The notes under the pieces were generated by a model. It did no database searches, was not told where the DNA came from, and worked only from the letters and a program-made list of their open reading frames with translations. From contig PGYV01000009.1 of assembly GCA_002839855.1 (NCBI GenBank), positions 7,220-71,219 on the forward strand: a stretch of DNA of 64,000 nt, in the 5' to 3' direction. Of this stretch, positions 18,000 to 27,821 are shown in pieces. The stretch's first letter is position 1; every line of letters starts with the position of its first letter. The position numbers and the translations under genes were made by a program. The DNA is from Candidatus Goldiibacteriota bacterium HGW-Goldbacteria-1. GTDB lineage: Bacteria > Oederibacteriota > PGYV01.

Positions 18000-18040
18000 T
18001 ATAAAGAACGAATAATAACCGCGGACGGAGTTTATGGCAA

Positions 18041-18418
18041 TTACGGCGTATATGTTTTCTGCCTGACCACGCTTCCATTCCTATAATACTCTGACTTTAT
18101 CAGTTTGCCCTGTTTGTCATAATATTTAAATTCGCCGACGCGTTTGCCTTTTTTTATAACACCTTCGTGTTCTTTCACATTACCCTCGTAGTAAAAAACT
18201 ATCATGCCGTTGGCTGAGCCTTTTTTAACTTCCTGCGTTATCTTTATATCGCCGGATTCGTAATACCAGATAAGTTTGCCGTGCTTAAGCCCTTTGACAA
18301 TGGGTATTTCTGCCAGCAGCTTTCCTGAAGGATAAAATACCTTTTCTATTTTTTCAGGTTTGGCCGTACACGCCGCCATTAACAGCAGCGCTATAAAAAT
18401 TACCGAGATTTTTTTCAT
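18041..18418 (-). CDS. MORN-variant repeat lipoprotein (YwqK-like)
   Basis: Lipobox MAAC; repeats YYESG/YYEG/YYDKQG. Confidence 0.8.
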   Translation of the reverse strand: MKKISVIFIALLLMAACTAKPEKIEKVFYPSGKLLAEIPIVKGLKHGKLIWYYESGDIKITQEVKKGSANGMIVFYYEGNVKEHEGVIKKGKRVGEFKYYDKQGKLIKSEYYRNGSVVRQKTYTP

Positions 18419-18630
18419 CAGATTCGTTTCCCGTCCTTATATTTTGCCTTTGTATCAGGTTTTATTTCCTGCTGCTCTTTTTCAAGCACTTCTTTTTCTT
18501 TTTTAATAAGTTCTTCTTTAAAGTTTTTTTTATGCTTTCCTTTGTTGTGCGCGGGCTGGACTGCATTGTGCCTCTGGTCAATGCGCATTGACCTGTCAGT
18601 GTCAATAGGAGTCAGTTTTTCATCGCTCAT
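18418..18630 (-). CDS. small hypothetical protein
   Basis: Stop overlaps the next ATG; SD AAGGGG. Confidence 0.55.
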   Translation of the reverse strand: MSDEKLTPIDTDRSMRIDQRHNAVQPAHNKGKHKKNFKEELIKKEKEVLEKEQQEIKPDTKAKYKDGKRI

Positions 18631-18653
18631 ACAACACACCCCCTTAAAACAAT

Positions 18654-19490
18654 TTATTTTTTATTAAAGTATTTATTAAGTTTCTCTTTTATAAGCGGAT
18701 AGTCGGATTTTTTTCCTGTCCATATTTTAAAAGATTCCATCCCCTGATAAATTAGCATATCCAGCCCGTTTATTATTTTCGCGCCCATCTTTTCCCCGCG
18801 CGCCAGAAACTCCGTTTTTTCGGGGTTGTAAATAATATCATAAACAACCGCGCCTTTTTTTAACTTTTCAATTTCATACACCACGTGATTGCCGTGCATG
18901 CCGACTGACGTGCAGTTAATTATAAAATCCGCGGAGGCAATAACTTTATCTTTTGCAGCGCTTTTTTTAATATCCCCTATCACGGCTTTTTTTAATCCCA
19001 GTTTCTTAACAAGATTTTTTGTCATTGGAATATCTATGTTATAAATATAAAAGTTGGAAGGTTTCTGTGTCATCAAAGCGTAGCCAATTGCATGCGCCGC
19101 GCCGCCGGCTCCCAGCATTACCGCTTTTTTGCCTTTAAGATTTATCTTTGCTTTTTTCAGAGTGGCAAGAAACCCCAGATAGTCCGTATTGTATCCCGTA
19201 AGCCTGCCATTGACGTTTTTAACGGTATTAACCGCACCTATTCGTTCTGCCGCTGCGTCAATTTCATCCAGCAGAGGCATTACAGCGTGCTTGTGCGGAA
19301 TTGTGACGTTAATACCCTTTATATTTTCTTTTCTTACGCGCTCTATCATGGCGGGTACATTTTCCGGTTCTGTTTCAAACACCCTGTATTCCCAGTTCAT
19401 TTTGTATTTTTTAAACACAGCGTTGTGCATTACAGGTGATAAGGTATGGGAAAGAGGAAACCCGATTATTCCGGTGATTGTTTTTTTCAT
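18654..19490 (-). CDS. aroE: shikimate dehydrogenase
   Basis: HTLSP, NVTIPHK, GAVNT, NTD, GAGGAA. Confidence 0.95.
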   Translation of the reverse strand: MKKTITGIIGFPLSHTLSPVMHNAVFKKYKMNWEYRVFETEPENVPAMIERVRKENIKGINVTIPHKHAVMPLLDEIDAAAERIGAVNTVKNVNGRLTGYNTDYLGFLATLKKAKINLKGKKAVMLGAGGAAHAIGYALMTQKPSNFYIYNIDIPMTKNLVKKLGLKKAVIGDIKKSAAKDKVIASADFIINCTSVGMHGNHVVYEIEKLKKGAVVYDIIYNPEKTEFLARGEKMGAKIINGLDMLIYQGMESFKIWTGKKSDYPLIKEKLNKYFNKK

Positions 19491-19510
19491 TATCTGCTCC
19501 TGATTATCTT

Positions 19511-20827
19511 TTATCTTCCTGCAGCTGTCATATCCCCTATTACAATTGTGGGGCTTCCATAATTAAAATAAAATACGCTGTCCTCACATACATCTTTCAC
19601 ATTCATTAACACGTCTTTTATATTGCCTGTTACAAGCATTTCCTTTACCGCCTGCTTTATTTCCCCTTTTTCCAGCAGCCACCCGTTTAAACCAAGCGAA
19701 AAATTACCGGACACAGGGTCAGCGGTATGAAGCCCCATTAAAGAGTTTATTATAAGGCCGCTGCCTTTCATTATTTTATCTTTCCTGGAATCCCCCGGCA
19801 CAATGTAGAAGTTGGACACCCCGCATTCCGGAAGCGTCTTAAAACTGCCGCGTATGCCGTTGCCGCCCGGCGTTTTTTTAAAGAAATCCGCGGATGATAT
19901 GTCATATAAAAATTCCATAAGCCTGCCGTGTTTAATAAGCATTTTATTGGCGCCGGCAGTCCCTTCGCCGTCTGTTCCAAAACTGCCCGCGCGAAAAGTC
20001 AGAAGCGCATCATCATTAATATTAAGTATGGACGAAGCAACCGTGTCGCCTTCTTTATTGGCGCCAAAAAGCGATTTGCCCTTGCGGATATTGGAAGCGT
20101 AAAATAACGGCGCAAGTATCTGCAAAAAATCCACAGCAGCCTGAGGCGGCAGTATAAGGTCGTATCTTCCTGTCTTTAACGCGCCGCCGCCTAAAAGCAT
20201 ATCCGCTTTTTGTGCGGCCTCACGGCCAAGCGCTTCAGCGTTAATATCCTTAAATACACACGAACCTGTCATAACCTCTGACGCTTCCTGAACGGCGCCG
20301 TCTGAAGATATTGCGGAAGTAAAACAGTAAAAATAAGTCTTGTCAGATGAAGAAACAGCGCCCTGCGTGTTCATGTAATGGGAGCTGCTTTTTACGTCTG
20401 TAAGATTTGTATCCCTTACAAACTTAACTTTTTTTCCGTATTTTTTTACCGCCGCTTCAGTTTCAAGCGCCTTGTCCTGCCTTATCTTTGAAGTGATACT
20501 GCTGTAATCAGGGTCAATGGTATCCGGAGGGGTGCATTTGCAGAAAGACGGCATTGTATATGTTTCATATCCTTCTATAAGGGCCGTGTCAGCGGCTTTA
20601 TGAACCGCATTCTTTGCCTCTGCCGCATCTTTAGCCGTGAAATATGAAAAACCCATTTTTCCGTTTTTAAAAACCCTTACAGCACACCCAAAAGAATCTG
20701 ACTGCCTTATCTGGTCAATTTCACCGTCGTTAACCATTGTTTCATTTTTAAGGTTTTCTTCGCAGTAAGCGTCGCCTTTTAACCCAAGCGCGTTTATTTC
20801 TGCAAGTACAGTTTTTAAGATTTCCAC
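19511..20827 (-). CDS. TldD/PmbA family protein (PmbA-like)
   Basis: DGEG, GLHTADPVSGNFS, no HExxxH. Confidence 0.88.
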   Translation of the reverse strand: MEILKTVLAEINALGLKGDAYCEENLKNETMVNDGEIDQIRQSDSFGCAVRVFKNGKMGFSYFTAKDAAEAKNAVHKAADTALIEGYETYTMPSFCKCTPPDTIDPDYSSITSKIRQDKALETEAAVKKYGKKVKFVRDTNLTDVKSSSHYMNTQGAVSSSDKTYFYCFTSAISSDGAVQEASEVMTGSCVFKDINAEALGREAAQKADMLLGGGALKTGRYDLILPPQAAVDFLQILAPLFYASNIRKGKSLFGANKEGDTVASSILNINDDALLTFRAGSFGTDGEGTAGANKMLIKHGRLMEFLYDISSADFFKKTPGGNGIRGSFKTLPECGVSNFYIVPGDSRKDKIMKGSGLIINSLMGLHTADPVSGNFSLGLNGWLLEKGEIKQAVKEMLVTGNIKDVLMNVKDVCEDSVFYFNYGSPTIVIGDMTAAGR

Positions 20828-21564
20828 GTGCTTCTCCTTATCGCCTGCACCAGAACAGTTGCCGCCGCAATGGCCGCGGTTTCCGCCCTTAAAATGGTAT
20901 CGCCTATGCTGACCGGTATGAATTCTTTTTTTATCAGGATTTCCGCTTCTGATTCGTCAAAGCCGCCTTCGGGCCCTATTATAAAATATACCTTTTCTTC
21001 AAACCCTTCAAGTTTTACCGCTTCATCTATCAAAAAATTCTTTTCTTCTTTTTCATAAATAAAAAATTTAAGCGAATGTTCAGCAGTTTCAAGCGCGGAT
21101 ACGCTTTCAACAACCGGCAGTAATTTTGGTTTGTTCATTCTGCCGCACTGTTTTACGGCTGTATAAATTATCTTTTCCCACCTGTCATTCTTTTTTTCTT
21201 CATCCTTAATTTTTATTATAGTGCGGTTTGTTATTACGGGTATTATTTCATCCACGCCAAGTTCGGTTAATTTTTCAAGCATAAGTTCCATCTTATCTTT
21301 TTTAATAAGCGAAATTATGGCGCATATCTGCGCTGTGCTTTTCTTTCTGTCCCGTATTTTATTTAAGACTTTAATCCTTATTACCCCGTCGTGCCTGTCT
21401 ATTTCTTTTATTTCCGCTTCATATTCGCCGTGTTCATAGTTGAACACATTAACTTTCTCGCCCGGTTCCATCCGCAGCACGGTTACGGCGTGGTTGTAAT
21501 CATTTCCTGTTATTTCCGCGCTTTCTTGTGATATCTTATTTACAAAAAACCTGTGGCGTGCCAT
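20815..21564 (-). CDS. rsmE: 16S rRNA m3U1498 methyltransferase
   Basis: HAVTVLR, KLTELGV, IGPEGGF, ILRAETA; start after SD AAGGAG. Confidence 0.95.
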   Translation of the reverse strand: MARHRFFVNKISQESAEITGNDYNHAVTVLRMEPGEKVNVFNYEHGEYEAEIKEIDRHDGVIRIKVLNKIRDRKKSTAQICAIISLIKKDKMELMLEKLTELGVDEIIPVITNRTIIKIKDEEKKNDRWEKIIYTAVKQCGRMNKPKLLPVVESVSALETAEHSLKFFIYEKEEKNFLIDEAVKLEGFEEKVYFIIGPEGGFDESEAEILIKKEFIPVSIGDTILRAETAAIAAATVLVQAIRRSTWKS

Positions 21565-21601
21565 AAAACTCCTTATGCAGACAATCTTCCTTTTTTTCCA
21601 G

Positions 21602-22474
21602 TTACGGTTCAAATACCTTTATGCTTGCCGCGTTTTCAACATAAACAAAAGTGTTGTTTACATCTATTAAAGACGGTTTTATAACTTTACCGTTTCCTTC
21701 GCCGTAATCCGCCCACGTCTTTAATTTATTTCCGTTTGAACAGCTGTATTCCATTATCCCAGCTTCACAAGGCACATACAAAATTCCGTCTTTAACGTCT
21801 ATTCCTTTTATATCCGTACCGGGCTCTATTTTTCTTAAAAAACCGCCGCTTAGATTTAAAAACGATATCCTGTCAAGCTCTGAATCCGCGACTACTATTT
21901 CATTATTATAAAAACACATATCAGAAATTTCCATAAACTGCCCGTCAGCCGTCCCCGCGGAGCCAATAATAATATTTGTGGAATTCAGTTTGTTTAAAAT
22001 TATATCTTTATTGTACTTTTCAATATACGTCTCATAGGCTATATAAATAAAGCTGTCATCCACAATTACTTTATGGGCGTTAGCGGTAAGATTCACCGCA
22101 AAATCAGATAAAATACCCGATGTTGATATAACTGTTAAAGTATTTCCATCCGGCGCGCCCCACGCGTCAAGCACATAAATATATGAATTATTCAGATGTA
22201 CACTTTTGGGCGCTTTAAAAACATCCGGTTCTGTTTCCCATTTTTCATCGCCGTTTTTATCAAAACAATAAAGAAGCGCGGCGGTTTCATCAACAATAAA
22301 AATATCATTGCCATAAGCGTCAAAATCCGTCACTTCAGATAAATTGCCTATGCTTCCGGTATAGTGCATTCCGGCATAATTGGATGCTGCAGGGTCGGTG
22401 GGGTTAACACGTTTCATGTCCTTGCAGGATATTATAAATATAACTGCAATAACCATTACAATAATTTTTTTCAT
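21602..22474 (-). CDS. beta-propeller (NHL-like) lipoprotein, paralog 2
   Basis: Lipobox IISC; NPTDP; GTADGQF; paralogous to 23300-24166. Confidence 0.75.
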   Translation of the reverse strand: MKKIIVMVIAVIFIISCKDMKRVNPTDPAASNYAGMHYTGSIGNLSEVTDFDAYGNDIFIVDETAALLYCFDKNGDEKWETEPDVFKAPKSVHLNNSYIYVLDAWGAPDGNTLTVISTSGILSDFAVNLTANAHKVIVDDSFIYIAYETYIEKYNKDIILNKLNSTNIIIGSAGTADGQFMEISDMCFYNNEIVVADSELDRISFLNLSGGFLRKIEPGTDIKGIDVKDGILYVPCEAGIMEYSCSNGNKLKTWADYGEGNGKVIKPSLIDVNNTFVYVENAASIKVFEP

Positions 22475-22476
22475 AT

Positions 22477-23292
22477 TTACCACCTTATTTCCGCGGACGC
22501 CATAACCGCGCCGCTTTCATTTATATACACAACACCTCTGGCTTCGGGGCTGTTATAACTTAACCCCGCGTCCACAATGCCGGCGGCATAAAGCCCGCCC
22601 GCTACCAGCCCGAAAATAAGCGCGCTTGTCGCGGCTTCTTCCGCTTTTTTAAAAGCCGCTTCCTGGTTTTCATTTGTCTTTAAATACTTGTCATATTTTG
22701 TATGCTGGTCTGCCACATTGTAAATTGTAAGGGCTGTACTAAGGGCAAATGACGCGCCCACTAATACCCCTTTTAAATGCTGCCCATTATGCATCTGCCC
22801 GAACCCAGGCAGCACGGCTGAACGCCAGATAGAATCTATGGGTTCCCTTGGCTGCGTGGCTTTCTGCTTTTTTTCTATAAAAGAATTATAATATTCCATA
22901 AAATCTTTGGCATCTTTATCTTCGGGGTCAAGTTCCATCACTTTTCTGAAAAGCGGAAGCGCGTATTTATGCTGTTTCATCTGATAGTAGCAGAATCCCG
23001 TATTTTTCCACCCTTCTTTAAACGTGGGGTCTATTTTAACCGACGCGTAAAAAAACCTTGCAGCATTTTTATAATCTTTTGCCTTAAACAGAGCTTCTCC
23101 CTTTTTAAAATACAACATTGCCTTGTCGCGCACAGGGTTTTTCATTTTTTCGGATTCAGTTTGCACCTGCTGAAGAAATACAGACATGGCTTCATCTTCG
23201 CTCTGTGCTTTTTCTGTTTCTTCATAAAAAGCAGATGCCGCAGATGAAACGATTAAACAAATTATTATCATGAACAAAATACTTTTTTTCAT
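22477..23292 (-). CDS. TPR + DUF5683-like protein, paralog 2
   Basis: Signal peptide, TPRs, RSAVLPGFGQMHN. Confidence 0.8.
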   Translation of the reverse strand: MKKSILFMIIICLIVSSAASAFYEETEKAQSEDEAMSVFLQQVQTESEKMKNPVRDKAMLYFKKGEALFKAKDYKNAARFFYASVKIDPTFKEGWKNTGFCYYQMKQHKYALPLFRKVMELDPEDKDAKDFMEYYNSFIEKKQKATQPREPIDSIWRSAVLPGFGQMHNGQHLKGVLVGASFALSTALTIYNVADQHTKYDKYLKTNENQEAAFKKAEEAATSALIFGLVAGGLYAAGIVDAGLSYNSPEARGVVYINESGAVMASAEIRW

Positions 23293-23299
23293 CTTATTT

Positions 23300-24166
23300 T
23301 TACTCCCCGAATTTCTTTATAGTTGAACCGTCCTGGATATATATTAACCCGTCAGCGGCATTATAGGCAATACTTTTTCCGTTTAAAACCCTGCCCGGCC
23401 CTTCGCCAAAATCCCCCCACTTAAGCAAAACTTCAAGCGCGCCGTCTGTTTTGTAAACCGCGCTTTCCGACAATATTTGCAGCGCGCCTTCCTGAATACA
23501 TGCATCTATAATATTGGCGGTAAAATCAATTACCTGCGGATTGCTTAAATTCTGGTCGTATTTAATTACCTGTTTTTTATTAAGTTTGTTTACCACATAT
23601 ACGGAAGTGTTGAACTTAAAAATCTCCCCCGGAGTAAAGTAACCCTGCGCGGTCACGCTTACAGGTACAGTTAACTGCGCGCCGCCGGTGTCAGAAATAC
23701 GGTATATTTCATTGTCATATTCGTTGGAAATGTATAAATTGCCGTTCATCCATTCTATATATAAGCTGTCAATTCCCGAAGAAGCGGTAAAGGCAAGCGG
23801 GGTTATCGTATTAAACATATCATTCTGAATTTTCTGCACGTTTTCGGACCTGTCAACGCCATAAATATTTCCGCTGTCATCCGCGCATATATCAGAAATT
23901 CCGCTAAACAAACCAAGCGGCGTACCTGATGCCGTTTTTACAACGCAGCCGCCGTAATTTTCTTTTGTCACAGCGTAAGCAATATAGCCGCCGGCGTAAG
24001 CAATTGATTCTATCTGAAAATCTGCAGGATAAAGTTCTTCCCCTTTATAGGTAATTCCCCTGTAGTCTGCCGAAGACGGATCACACGGATTTTTCCGTGA
24101 AAGTTCGCTGCATCCGGAAAAAACAGCTGTTAAAATCAGTATGAAAAGAAGGTTAAATTTACGCAT
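23300..24166 (-). CDS. beta-propeller lipoprotein, paralog 1
   Basis: Lipobox FSGC; NPCDP; WGDFGEGPG. Confidence 0.75.
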   Translation of the reverse strand: MRKFNLLFILILTAVFSGCSELSRKNPCDPSSADYRGITYKGEELYPADFQIESIAYAGGYIAYAVTKENYGGCVVKTASGTPLGLFSGISDICADDSGNIYGVDRSENVQKIQNDMFNTITPLAFTASSGIDSLYIEWMNGNLYISNEYDNEIYRISDTGGAQLTVPVSVTAQGYFTPGEIFKFNTSVYVVNKLNKKQVIKYDQNLSNPQVIDFTANIIDACIQEGALQILSESAVYKTDGALEVLLKWGDFGEGPGRVLNGKSIAYNAADGLIYIQDGSTIKKFGE

Positions 24167-24167
24167 A

Positions 24168-24920
24168 TTAATACCTGTAGTTTATGATATTAAAGGCAAG
24201 CATATCGCCTTTTATTTCTATCATAGAATTCATTTTGTTCATATCCACACCGATTTTATCATACTCCGCGCCTGTCATGAAGCCGTCCACTATGGAAATA
24301 AGCCACACGGTTCCAAGCATGGCAAGCGGTATGATTACGCGGCTGTTAGCATCCTGCGCGGCCTTATATTTTAAATCAAAATCAGTATTGGCGTTGTAAT
24401 AAGCGTCCACAGCCTGCTGCTGATCAATTGTATATTTAATTACCGCAGCGGTGCTGGCAAGAAATGAGAGCGAGTATATGTACCCTTTTACAAGCTCGTC
24501 ATTGTAAAACTGCCCAAGGCCCGGAAACACCGCGGAGCGCCACATAATATCGCCTTTTAATTTCTTCTGCTTTTTTCCTGCTGCGGCTGTTTTGGAAGGC
24601 TCATTTATTTTGGGGTTTATCATATCCAGATATTTTTCAGCAGTTTTTTCGCCGGGTTTTATCATAAGCACGTATTTGAAAATAAGCTTGGCATTACGGT
24701 ACTTTTTCATGTTGTAATAGCACATTCCAAGCCCAAGCCACGCCTGCCACATTTTTTTATCTTTCTTGACTGCAGCATTATAATATTGAAGGGCCTTATT
24801 AAGGTCATTCTGCTTATGGTAGGTTATGGCATATTTGTAATATTTGACAGCCAGACTGTCAGCGGCAAAAACATTTGTGATAAAAACAGTAAGTAATACC
24901 GTTATTACAAGCCTTTTCAA
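24168..24920 (-). CDS. TPR + DUF5683-like protein, paralog 1
   Basis: Signal peptide, TPRs, RSAVFPGLGQFYN. Confidence 0.8.
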   Translation of the reverse strand: MKRLVITVLLTVFITNVFAADSLAVKYYKYAITYHKQNDLNKALQYYNAAVKKDKKMWQAWLGLGMCYYNMKKYRNAKLIFKYVLMIKPGEKTAEKYLDMINPKINEPSKTAAAGKKQKKLKGDIMWRSAVFPGLGQFYNDELVKGYIYSLSFLASTAAVIKYTIDQQQAVDAYYNANTDFDLKYKAAQDANSRVIIPLAMLGTVWLISIVDGFMTGAEYDKIGVDMNKMNSMIEIKGDMLAFNIINYRY

Positions 24921-25038
24921 CTCTTTGCCACCCCGTGATATTTTGTCGGTTATCTTAAATTTACCAAAAAATCTGGCAAAATGAAAGGTATATTTGGGTT
25001 TTTCAATACGGGACAGGTGTATTAAAAGTACCCGCCAA

Positions 25039-26619
25039 TTATAAAATTTTATATATAATTAATTCATTTTCTTTGCCTTCATTAAAAATTTTAACTGATA
25101 TAAATCCGTATTTTTCCGCTTCTTTTGGTGACATTAAAAATTTAAGGTTATTTCTTAATTGAAACATAAATCTTTTATCCGCAATTATATAATCCACTTC
25201 ATTTTCAGCAAAAAATCTTTTAATATCAGGTATCTTCGTATCAACAGATGGAAGTTTAACTTGCCAGGCATCGCAATAATAAATTACAAAACTTTTGCGT
25301 GAACTGATTCTTAAAGAAGCAGGCAAAATATGATTTTCTTTAAGCCATAAACCTGCATCTCTATGTTCAACAGGGTAGTTGTCTTTTATATAATCATAAT
25401 TAAAATGACTGGCCGTCAGCTTTATATTAAACAGCAGAAAAACCGGTATAACCAGCAATAACAATACAGCAGTTATATCAGTTGTTCTGGAATTTGAATT
25501 AAATAACGACATAATTAAACAAATCACCAAAAAAGAATAAGAATATAAATATCTTTCCTCCGCGTGAAAAATAAAATATACAAAAATTAACAGCAGAAAT
25601 ATGACTGTTGTTGCTAAAAAACGAATATTGATTTTCGGCTTTTCTTTAGTTAGCTTCGTCAAAATTAACAACAGTAAAATAATAATAAAAATATAACCTG
25701 CGCCGTTTTCTTTTAATAGAAAATTCAGCGTTCTGGCGCCGTGATATGAAACAATTTTAACAACCATAAAAGGATCCGAAATTATGTCAGAAAATAAAGT
25801 TGATTTATTTTTTTCTGTTTCTTCCCACGAATACTTATCAGAAACAAAAGATTTTGATTGCGAATAAACCAGATTGGATTTACCGGATATTTTAAACTCA
25901 CCCGTTTTAGATTTTATAAACATAATATATGGAGAAACAGTAATTAATACAAAAACAACAAGTAAAAAAGCATGTAATATTTTCTTTTTTAAAGACGATT
26001 GTTTTAAAAAAATAATTATAACAATGTATAACAGCAGCAGAAAGACAGCTTCCGGCCTTGCAAAATATAATAAACCTATTAAAAAACCTGAAAGTATAGT
26101 TTCATTAAAACCAAGAGATGTATTCTTTAATGATAATAAAAATAAAAGACATAATAAAAATGAAAACACAGCTTCACCAAGGGCGCTGCCCGATAAGAAA
26201 AATAAATGAGGATGAAACAGTAAAACCGATGACGAAGCAAATAGCACAAAAATATTTACTTTATCTTTTAGACTGACAAAAAGCAACAATGGGATAAGCG
26301 TTGTAACAACGCTGTTAAAAATTTTCGCCCATAAGAATACATCATTTGTAATCAGCGATATAAATCCAAGTATTGCGGGATAAAGAGGGCTTCTTAATAA
26401 ATTAAAACCTGTTCCGGTTTTAGGCGATTCGTAACCATACCCATGTAAAAGATTATAACCAAGCTCTTCCATTGCGATGTAGTCTGTAGGAGGAATTGGA
26501 ATATTAAAAACATATAACATTTTGTTAAAAAAAGATATCCCAAGTAAACTGAAAAAAATCCAATTTAAAGTTTTTACAGAGTAATTAACAGGCTCCATAA
26601 ACTTAAAAAGCTTCAACAT
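25039..26619 (-). CDS. GT-C (PMT/ArnT-like) polytopic glycosyltransferase
   Basis: Many TM helices; PLYP, RPE, ERY motifs; AT-rich. Confidence 0.7.
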   Translation of the reverse strand: MLKLFKFMEPVNYSVKTLNWIFFSLLGISFFNKMLYVFNIPIPPTDYIAMEELGYNLLHGYGYESPKTGTGFNLLRSPLYPAILGFISLITNDVFLWAKIFNSVVTTLIPLLLFVSLKDKVNIFVLFASSSVLLFHPHLFFLSGSALGEAVFSFLLCLLFLLSLKNTSLGFNETILSGFLIGLLYFARPEAVFLLLLYIVIIIFLKQSSLKKKILHAFLLVVFVLITVSPYIMFIKSKTGEFKISGKSNLVYSQSKSFVSDKYSWEETEKNKSTLFSDIISDPFMVVKIVSYHGARTLNFLLKENGAGYIFIIILLLLILTKLTKEKPKINIRFLATTVIFLLLIFVYFIFHAEERYLYSYSFLVICLIMSLFNSNSRTTDITAVLLLLVIPVFLLFNIKLTASHFNYDYIKDNYPVEHRDAGLWLKENHILPASLRISSRKSFVIYYCDAWQVKLPSVDTKIPDIKRFFAENEVDYIIADKRFMFQLRNNLKFLMSPKEAEKYGFISVKIFNEGKENELIIYKIL

Positions 26620-26854
26620 TCCCCCTTTTTACCCCAAAAATAGGCGCTATTTTCCATGCCGCCAGGAAAAAATTCACCATTAAAAGTTTTATCAAATATT
26701 TCGCCAAGGTTAACCCGGTCAAGGTTGTCATGAATAAGCACAACAGAATCTTTTCCCTTAATAATGTATCTTGTGAAAAAATTAAAAATGCCGCGGCTGT
26801 AAACAGTAACAATAGTTTTTTTGACGAAAGGTTAATAACGAATCCCCCCTGCAT
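26603..26854 (-). CDS. small membrane hypothetical protein
   Basis: Hydrophobic ORF filling the gap in the operon. Confidence 0.4.
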   Translation of the reverse strand: MQGGFVINLSSKKLLLLFTAAAFLIFSQDTLLREKILLCLFMTTLTGLTLAKYLIKLLMVNFFLAAWKIAPIFGVKRGNVEAF

Positions 26855-26866
26855 ACTTTAATTATT

Positions 26867-27706
26867 TTATTCTCCGGTGTCTTTTCTGAAAGAAGCGATA
26901 ATGAATCCGGAAGTTATTGCAAAATCAATCATTATTTTAAAAAATAAAAATAACGGGCTTTTGAATTTCAATGATTTATATAATCCTATGGGAATTGACC
27001 TGAATATTGAATATTTTAAAAGCAATTTTATAACCGCGGCAGCGTTTTTTACGTGGTGTATTCTTCCTTTGCCGTATTTTTTTGCGTCATTATATGCCCT
27101 TTCAAGGGTATCGGGATTATAATGAAAAGCCACCGAATCCTTAACAATAAATGCCTTACGCCCCACCCTGTCCGCAATGACATCCTGTCCCTGAGCCCTT
27201 TCAACATGATTTCCGCCGCAATTTATAAATACATCTTTCTTAATGGCTCTGAATACGTCATAATACTCCGCATCAGCGCCTATCGGAAAAGCCTTTCTGT
27301 CAAAAGGTTCATTATGGGCTATGCTCCACAGCCTTGAAACTTTATTTTCAGGATTCGCAACCTTTTCAATCCCTATAAATGTACCCGCTTCTTTCCCGTC
27401 CAAAATAGGTTTAACCAGTTTCTCAATTGTATCTTCCTGCAAAAACATATCTCCGTCAATAAATACCAGTATCTGCCCCTTTGCTTCTTTGGCTCCCCAA
27501 TTTCTTGCCGTACCCGCCCCCTTATGTTCCTGGCGAAGAATTACAACATCTTCCTTTTTAAGGATTTCAAGGGTACTGTCTTTTGAACCGTCATCAATAA
27601 CAATAATTTCAATACCATGCGGATATGTCTGGTTTTTTATTGAATCAATACATTTTTTAATGTATTTTTCTTCATTATATACGGGAATAATCACGGAAAC
27701 CTGCAT
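26867..27706 (-). CDS. GT2 glycosyltransferase
   Basis: VSVIIPVYNEE, DDGSKD, FIDGD. Confidence 0.92.
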   Translation of the reverse strand: MQVSVIIPVYNEEKYIKKCIDSIKNQTYPHGIEIIVIDDGSKDSTLEILKKEDVVILRQEHKGAGTARNWGAKEAKGQILVFIDGDMFLQEDTIEKLVKPILDGKEAGTFIGIEKVANPENKVSRLWSIAHNEPFDRKAFPIGADAEYYDVFRAIKKDVFINCGGNHVERAQGQDVIADRVGRKAFIVKDSVAFHYNPDTLERAYNDAKKYGKGRIHHVKNAAAVIKLLLKYSIFRSIPIGLYKSLKFKSPLFLFFKIMIDFAITSGFIIASFRKDTGE

Positions 27707-27821
27707 TAATTCCTCCTCTGCGGTTATTGTTCAGTATTGTAAACTACTTTTAAGTGGAAATCAATATTTACTTGTTGTATACTCATTTTACGCAGAAAAA
27801 ATATAATATTCCGGATAAAAA

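Noticed and set aside
13420..18000. Integron cassette array or prophage for the accessory patch
   Set aside because: No attC-like RYYYAAC...GTTRRRY sites recognised, mixed orientation, own promoters, and no integrase or phage structural genes.
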